A stretch of 64,000 nucleotides of DNA from Candidatus Woesebacteria bacterium GW2011_GWB1_33_22. Lineage in GTDB: Bacteria; Patescibacteriota; Microgenomatia; UBA8517. Position numbers and translations under genes: made by a program. The stretch lies in the NCBI GenBank assembly GCA_000989765.1, contig LBOW01000001.1, positions 118,538-182,537 of the forward strand, read 5' to 3'. Below the pieces are notes generated by a model. That model had not been told where the DNA came from, ran no database searches, and saw only the letters and a list, made by a program, of their open reading frames with translations. This document shows positions 58,693 through 64,000 of the stretch, in pieces. How positions within the stretch are numbered: position 1 is the stretch's first letter; each line of letters starts with the position of its first letter.

Positions 58693-59959
58693 TTTTTTAT
58701 TTATTTTAGTAGGAATATTTTTAAGGCAATTTAATATAAATAACGACTATTACTTTACTGGTGAACTTGGCAAAGAACTTATTTTTACTAAACATTTAAT
58801 TGATAACAATATATTTCCAGTAATAGGGATGACTACTTCACATGAGTGGCTAAGTTATGGCCCAATTTATTATTGGATATTAATTCCTTTAACTAAAATA
58901 TTTTCATTTAACCCCTTAGTTTTATTTTGGTTGGCATTTGCAGTTTCAATTATGGGCTTAGTAGTTAACTATAAAGTTATTAAAGAAATAGCAAATCAAA
59001 AAATTGCTATATATTCAACAGTTTTAATTAGTTTATCGCCTTTATTCATATGGCAAACAAGGCTTTCAAAACTTCATGTGTTTTTCTTTATATTAACTCC
59101 TATCTTAATATATTTATTACACAAATTATGGCAAGCTAACTGTAAATATATTTTTTGGACAGGCCTAGTATTTGGTATATTTTTTAGTTTTCATTTTAGT
59201 CAAATTCCACTTATTTTTGTGATTCTAACTATAATGCTAATTAAAAAATATGATTTTTTAAGTTATCTAAAACTATTAATTGGAATTATTATTCCAAATT
59301 TAGGAATAATTTTAAAAGACATAAAAATTTTTCTCTGGTTACCTTATAGAAGTCTTGGTTTATCAAGTGAATCTTCAGGGCAAACGCTAGATTATTTTAA
59401 CAAATTTTTTGGAATGCAATTTTTTTGGGATCAGAAGTTTTGGTTTTTGGGAAGTATATTTTCGATTGGAATCCTAATATTTTATTATAAAAAATACATA
59501 AAATCTGTTAATAATAACTTTTTTAATTTTTATTTAATATTTTCTAGCCTAGTTGTTTTTGGAGGTTTAATATTACATAAAAATCCGCCAATTCACTACT
59601 TTCTTCCAATATTTCCTAATGTCTTTTACATGCTGTCGATTTTGATGGATAAGTATTTTAGCAATAAACAAGTCATATTTATCTTTTTAGTATTTTCAAT
59701 TATTAACATTTGGCGTTATGAAATGCCGACAGATATTGATTATGTGTCTTATAAAAAACAATTAGAAATTTCACAAAAAATTGTTGAAGAAAATAAAGGT
59801 AATTCCATCAAAATAAAAAGAGTTGGACCTTATGATTATTTTCCTGAAAATTATTCCCAAAACTATAAATTCTTAATTTGGTATTTAGGTGGTAAAATCG
59901 ATGACAATTCTGATAATGTAGTTATTATTGATGACAATGAAAATATTAACACTAAATAA
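58685..59959 (+). CDS. GT-C fold glycosyltransferase
   Basis: Multi-TM; P.IG...S...LSYGPIYYW. Confidence 0.65.
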   Translation: MINFLFILVGIFLRQFNINNDYYFTGELGKELIFTKHLIDNNIFPVIGMTTSHEWLSYGPIYYWILIPLTKIFSFNPLVLFWLAFAVSIMGLVVNYKVIKEIANQKIAIYSTVLISLSPLFIWQTRLSKLHVFFFILTPILIYLLHKLWQANCKYIFWTGLVFGIFFSFHFSQIPLIFVILTIMLIKKYDFLSYLKLLIGIIIPNLGIILKDIKIFLWLPYRSLGLSSESSGQTLDYFNKFFGMQFFWDQKFWFLGSIFSIGILIFYYKKYIKSVNNNFFNFYLIFSSLVVFGGLILHKNPPIHYFLPIFPNVFYMLSILMDKYFSNKQVIFIFLVFSIINIWRYEMPTDIDYVSYKKQLEISQKIVEENKGNSIKIKRVGPYDYFPENYSQNYKFLIWYLGGKIDDNSDNVVIIDDNENINTK

Positions 59960-60515
59960 GAAAAATATTACAGATTTTGCTTCAGCGCGAAATGATTTAC
60001 TTGATAAATCAGCGTCTGACTGGAATTTATTTTTAGATAGTGATGAAAGATTAAGTAAAAAAATAAATCAGTCATTTAGTAAATCATTAAACCAATATGC
60101 ATTGGAGAGAAAAAATTTCTTTCTTGGTCAATATGTAGGCTCAGATAAAATTGTTAGACTGGTCAAGAAAGGAACTGGAAAATGGCAAAGAGCCGTTCAT
60201 GAAACATGGACTCCGAATAAAACTCTCCTGCCTGCCGGCAGGCAGGACTCCCGATGTGGGATTTTAGATTCTGTTATTATTCATAATACTGCTGACAACT
60301 TGGTAGATTATCTTTCAAAAATTAATAATTATTCAACTCTGCATGCAAAAGAAAATAAAAAAGAAAGTAAAATATCAAATATTTTTAAAATTATATTTTT
60401 TCCAATGGCTAAATTTATTATAACTTTAATTAAATCAAGAAATATTGTTTTTAGTATAATGCAATCACTGCATTCTTATCTTTCATGGACAAAATTATAT
60501 TTACGGCAATACTAA
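59937..60515 (+). CDS. GT2 glycosyltransferase (short)
   Basis: DFASARN, FLDSDE, VHE, KINNYS; start uncertain. Confidence 0.75.
   Translation: MKILTLNKKNITDFASARNDLLDKSASDWNLFLDSDERLSKKINQSFSKSLNQYALERKNFFLGQYVGSDKIVRLVKKGTGKWQRAVHETWTPNKTLLPAGRQDSRCGILDSVIIHNTADNLVDYLSKINNYSTLHAKENKKESKISNIFKIIFFPMAKFIITLIKSRNIVFSIMQSLHSYLSWTKLYLRQY
60226..60247. repeat. CCTGCC-family perfect palindrome in frame (LPAGRQD)
   Basis: TCCTGCCTGCCGGCAGGCAGGA, 22 bp. Confidence 0.85.
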
Positions 60516-61525
60516 TTGTTTTCCCATTTGGACAACTTGTAAAATGGAATGGCATCAATTTGTTTGACGTCCTGGTTTTAATCCTAGCTGTCTTAACATT
60601 TTTTAAAAAAGCAAAATATCCAAAATGGTATAGATATTTTATTTATTTTATCCTAGCAGGATTATTTTCTTTGGTAGTAAATTATAAATTAACTGAAATT
60701 AAAAGTGTTTTATATTTAGTTAGATTATTAAGTTATTCTTATGTTGCTATTTATGTTGCAAATTTTGTTAAGAAAAAATTAGCTATTAGCTACTGGCTAT
60801 TAGCTGTTAGCGTGGCCGGCGCCACTTTCGGCTGGCTTCAATATTTGTTTTTACCTGATGTTAGATTTTTAAAGTTTTTCGGTTGGGACGATCATTTATA
60901 TAGGATGGTAGGGACATTTTTTGACCCCACATATTTAGCTCTCATAATTTTACTTGGGATAATAATTGCAGTCTTTACTAAAAAAACTAAAACATTTTAT
61001 TTTTTATTAATAAGCTTAGCCTTTACTTATTCTCGGGCGACATATTTAGCCTTAGGATTATTTTTAGTTTACAAAAGAAAATTTTTGGCAATTTTAGTTT
61101 TTGTAATTACTGTTTTTCTTTTACCTAAAATGCTTTCTGAAGGAACTAATTTTGGGAGAGTAGTTAGTAATCAAAATAAAATACTAAATTATGTTGAAAC
61201 AATTAAAGTTGTCAAAAAATCCCCAGCAATCGGTGTTGGATTTAACAATTTTTGCTTAGCTCGCGAAAATGTTGATCCAGATTCTCACTCCTGCTTTGGC
61301 TCAGATTCATCTCTACTTTTGATTCTTGCAACCACCGGAGTAGTTGGTTTTATTTTGTTTTTAAATTTTGTTTTGCACCTTCCTAATTCCTCTGTTCTAA
61401 TTTCTAGTTTCTTACTTGTTTTGGTGCACAGTATGTTTGCAAATAGTCTTTTTTATCCTCACATTATGTTTTGGTTATTTAGCCTTGTTGGATTAGAGAG
61501 TGAAGTTGACAGAAAACAAAGATAA
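60485..61525 (+). CDS. O-antigen ligase family protein
   Basis: RMVGTFFDP, TYSRA, IGVGFN, LATTGVVG, VHSMF. Confidence 0.75.
   Translation: MDKIIFTAILIVFPFGQLVKWNGINLFDVLVLILAVLTFFKKAKYPKWYRYFIYFILAGLFSLVVNYKLTEIKSVLYLVRLLSYSYVAIYVANFVKKKLAISYWLLAVSVAGATFGWLQYLFLPDVRFLKFFGWDDHLYRMVGTFFDPTYLALIILLGIIIAVFTKKTKTFYFLLISLAFTYSRATYLALGLFLVYKRKFLAILVFVITVFLLPKMLSEGTNFGRVVSNQNKILNYVETIKVVKKSPAIGVGFNNFCLARENVDPDSHSCFGSDSSLLLILATTGVVGFILFLNFVLHLPNSSVLISSFLLVLVHSMFANSLFYPHIMFWLFSLVGLESEVDRKQR
60779..60811 (+). repeat. 7-bp tandem array (TTAGCTA)
   Basis: TTAGCTA TTAGCTA CTGGCTA TTAGCTG TTAGC. Confidence 0.8.
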
Positions 61526-62206
61526 TACTTCATTTCCTGATGGGTCAATTGCCTTAACTTCAAACGAATTTAGACCCTCATTTAAAGTTGTTGTAAAATT
61601 AAATGAATTATCATCTTTTACTGTAACAAACTTGTCATTAATTCTTAAATCGACTTTTTCATCTACAGTCCCCTTGATTAACAGCTGTTTTTGACCGGAT
61701 CCGTAAAACGAATCCCCATCTTTGGGGGATGAGATTTCAAGTTTTGGTTCGGTATTATCAAATATTATATTAAAAGTTTTAGTGGGGGAACTTTCATTTC
61801 CAAAAGTGTCTTTAGCAATTGCTAAAATAGTGTTCTCTCCTTCTTGAAGATTAAATAAAAATACAAACCTACCGTCATTATTTGCAACAACTTCACTTAA
61901 ATTACCATTTGCAGTTATGGCTATCGTGGCTCCGTTTTCTGAAGTACCCTTTATATCTATAGATTCCTCTTTGCTAAATTCAGGAATCTCATCAAATTGT
62001 GGGGGTGCAGGGGGAGTTGTATCCTGAATCTCAACTGGTTTATCAGATTTGGCCACATCTCCCAGGAAACCTGCAAATTTGACCAGAGTTGGAATTCCTA
62101 AAAAGATTAAAAAAACTATACCTACTATTGTTAAAAATACGTAATAATAGGCCTTTTTAATATTTTTCTTTTCTTCAGTCATGGCCATTCTTGAATATCT
62201 TTTCAT
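61493..62206 (-). CDS. membrane-anchored protein with two Ig-like domains
   Basis: DTTPP, L.EGEN....A.D..GN repeated twice. Confidence 0.7.
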   Translation of the reverse strand: MKRYSRMAMTEEKKNIKKAYYYVFLTIVGIVFLIFLGIPTLVKFAGFLGDVAKSDKPVEIQDTTPPAPPQFDEIPEFSKEESIDIKGTSENGATIAITANGNLSEVVANNDGRFVFLFNLQEGENTILAIAKDTFGNESSPTKTFNIIFDNTEPKLEISSPKDGDSFYGSGQKQLLIKGTVDEKVDLRINDKFVTVKDDNSFNFTTTLNEGLNSFEVKAIDPSGNEVLSLFSVNFTL

Positions 62207-62230
62207 TAGTTGTTATTATATAATAACTAT

Positions 62231-62479
62231 ATGCCAAAAGCTCTAAAAAACTATATTTCATATAATCCAAGTATTCTTAGTGGGAACGCAACGGTTTCAG
62301 GAACAAGAATTCCTGTTGATCGTGTTTTTAGTTTAGTTAAGCAGGGATATTCAACTTCGAGTCTTGAGGAAGAATTTCCACATGTGGAGCCTAAGAAAAT
62401 CCAAAACTTAATAGCATATCTTATGCGAGCTGGACTAGATGCCTACGAAACATCACGAAAAATACAAGTTACTTCTTAA
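62231..62479 (+). CDS. DUF433 antitoxin-like protein
   Basis: NPSILSG.ATVSGTRIPV; start reassigned to ATG 62231. Confidence 0.8.
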   Translation: MPKALKNYISYNPSILSGNATVSGTRIPVDRVFSLVKQGYSTSSLEEEFPHVEPKKIQNLIAYLMRAGLDAYETSRKIQVTS

Positions 62480-62734
62480 GGTGCAATTAGTGATAATGCG
62501 GTTTATAAATATACAATAAATGAGAAACGGATATTGATAACATTTAATATAAAAGATTTCAACAACTTGGTAAAATTGAATAAACCGTCGATAATTGCAT
62601 TATCAGTAAATTTAACTAATGATCAAGCTGATAAGAAAACCTTTAAATTATTAAAAAAATTAAAGTATACTGAATCGCTTGGTCACATTATTTCAGTTTC
62701 AAATAGCCGAACTGTAATTAAAAGATTAATGTAA
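62439..62734 (+). pseudogene. DUF5615/PIN-like toxin, deleted and frameshifted
   Basis: MPTKHHEKYKLLL in one frame; ISDNAVY...RILITFNIKDF in another. Confidence 0.6.
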
Positions 62735-62741
62735 ATACTAT

Positions 62742-63563
62742 ATGGATAAATATAAAGCTACATGGGTTTCTCATTCTTCAATTGCAGACTTTGTAGTTTG
62801 CCCGAGGGCATATTACCTTCGGAATGTTTTTAAAGACCCAAATACTGGAAACAAAATAACAGTTACTTCTCCAGCACTTTCTTTAGGTCAAGCGGTTCAT
62901 GAAGTAATCGAGGGTTTATCTACTTTACCATCTGAGGAAAGACTTAAAATATCACTTTTAAAGAAGTTTGACCTTGCTTGGGAAAAGGTAACAGGAAAAA
63001 AGGGGGGATTTAAAACGCATGAACAGGAGCAAGAATTTAAAGAAAGAGGAGTTAAGATGCTTAATAGAATAATTGCAAATCCTGGAGCAATTCTAAAAAA
63101 AGCAATTAAAATTCAATCTGACTTTATTCCTAATTATTATCTTTCAGAGGAAGACCAAATCATTCTTTGTGGTAAAATTGATTGGCTTGAATATTTAGAA
63201 AGTACAGATTCTGTTCATATCATAGACTTTAAAACAGGCAAACATGAAGAGCAAGAAAAATCATTACAACTTCCTATCTATTTACTTTTAGCAACAAATA
63301 CTCAGACTAAAAAAGTGACAAAAGCATCATATTGGTATCTAGAAAAGAACAATGAATTAACTCCAAAAGAATTGCCAAGTTTACTAGAATCAGAAGATAA
63401 AATATTAACTGTTGCCAGACGAATTAAACTTGCAAGACAACTTAAACATTTTATTTGTCCACAACTTGGTTGTATGAAATGTAGACCATTAGAGCGAATT
63501 TTAAGAGGTGAAGGAGAAAGAGTGGGTGTATCAGATACAAGACAGGATATTTATATATTATGA
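62742..63563 (+). CDS. PD-(D/E)XK nuclease (RecB-like)
   Basis: SHSS...CPR, GKID, IIDFKTG, QL.IY, C-terminal C...GC..C. Confidence 0.85.
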   Translation: MDKYKATWVSHSSIADFVVCPRAYYLRNVFKDPNTGNKITVTSPALSLGQAVHEVIEGLSTLPSEERLKISLLKKFDLAWEKVTGKKGGFKTHEQEQEFKERGVKMLNRIIANPGAILKKAIKIQSDFIPNYYLSEEDQIILCGKIDWLEYLESTDSVHIIDFKTGKHEEQEKSLQLPIYLLLATNTQTKKVTKASYWYLEKNNELTPKELPSLLESEDKILTVARRIKLARQLKHFICPQLGCMKCRPLERILRGEGERVGVSDTRQDIYIL

Positions 63564-64000
63564 AAAAATATATATTTCTTGTTGTTATAATTTTCAGTAT
63601 ATTTTTTCCAAAGTTTTATTTTAATTTTTTAGAAAATAAATCACAAGTTCTTTTTACTACCATAGAAGAAGCTAGAGATAAAAATGATTTTAAAAAAGTA
63701 AAAGCATTATTACTAACTCATAAATCAATTGTAAATAATCAAAAAATAATAATTTACTTATTACCTAAAAAATATGACGAGTTTTACAAATTAAAAGATA
63801 ATTTATTTAATAAATATTATCTTGCATTAGAAAAATTTGTAGTTCTAAAAGAATATGAAAATGGTCTTGAAGATGTTTTTTCTAAAAGAAATGAATTTAT
63901 TAAAACATTAAATAATTCTAAGGATCAAAAAGTTAATGCCATGGATGTTTATATTGCACTTAATACATATATTTCCCAAAAGGAAGTACTAACCAAACAT
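63560..64000 (+). CDS. hypothetical protein, partial (runs off the window)
   Basis: ATG 63560 overlaps the previous stop; hydrophobic N-terminus; no stop to 64000. Confidence 0.6.
   Translation, partial: MKKYIFLVVIIFSIFFPKFYFNFLENKSQVLFTTIEEARDKNDFKKVKALLLTHKSIVNNQKIIIYLLPKKYDEFYKLKDNLFNKYYLALEKFVVLKEYENGLEDVFSKRNEFIKTLNNSKDQKVNAMDVYIALNTYISQKEVLTKH

Noticed and set aside
60065..60096. Possible 8-bp array (AAATCAGT CATTTAGT AAATCATT AAACCAAT)
   Set aside because: Too degenerate in AT-rich sequence to call without statistics
3497..61694. Short antisense and nested ORFs in the track (60-140 aa)
   Set aside because: Shadows of well-supported genes with no recognisable motifs
62742..63563. Cas4 / CRISPR adaptation gene
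   Set aside because: Generic RecB-like PD-(D/E)XK protein without cas1/cas2 or an array in the window

Overview
AT-rich, densely coded chromosomal segment. Gene content and style suggest a Patescibacteria/CPR (Microgenomates-like) genome; this is inference. Layout: surface-polysaccharide cluster (1-10.3 kb); recO-glyQS; an unusually complete dcw cluster (13.4-35.9 kb) containing a MurE-GlmU(N) fusion, glmR/glmS, a MurL-MurD fusion, Cys->Asp MurA and a REP-associated tyrosine transposase (RAYT) between murG and ftsQ; ileS preceded by an Ile-rich leader-peptide attenuator and two small ORFs; rodA-rplU-rpmA-parB; lepB and a guaB-like gene (both on the minus strand, contrary to the ORF track); tRNA-Val(CAC) followed by decayed accessory genes; and a second glycosylation cluster interrupted by a LexA + restriction-modification + ATPase-TOPRIM module. 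The most striking hidden signal is that protein-coding genes carry many short repeats in frame: (i) six copies of a 15-bp-period palindrome that also flanks and sits inside the RAYT gene, (ii) three CCTGCCTGC(CG)GCAGGCAGG palindromes, and (iii) about 14 degenerate 7-bp tandem arrays, several of which seem to recode native helices rather than add residues. All calls come from reading the sequence and motif recognition; no searches were run.
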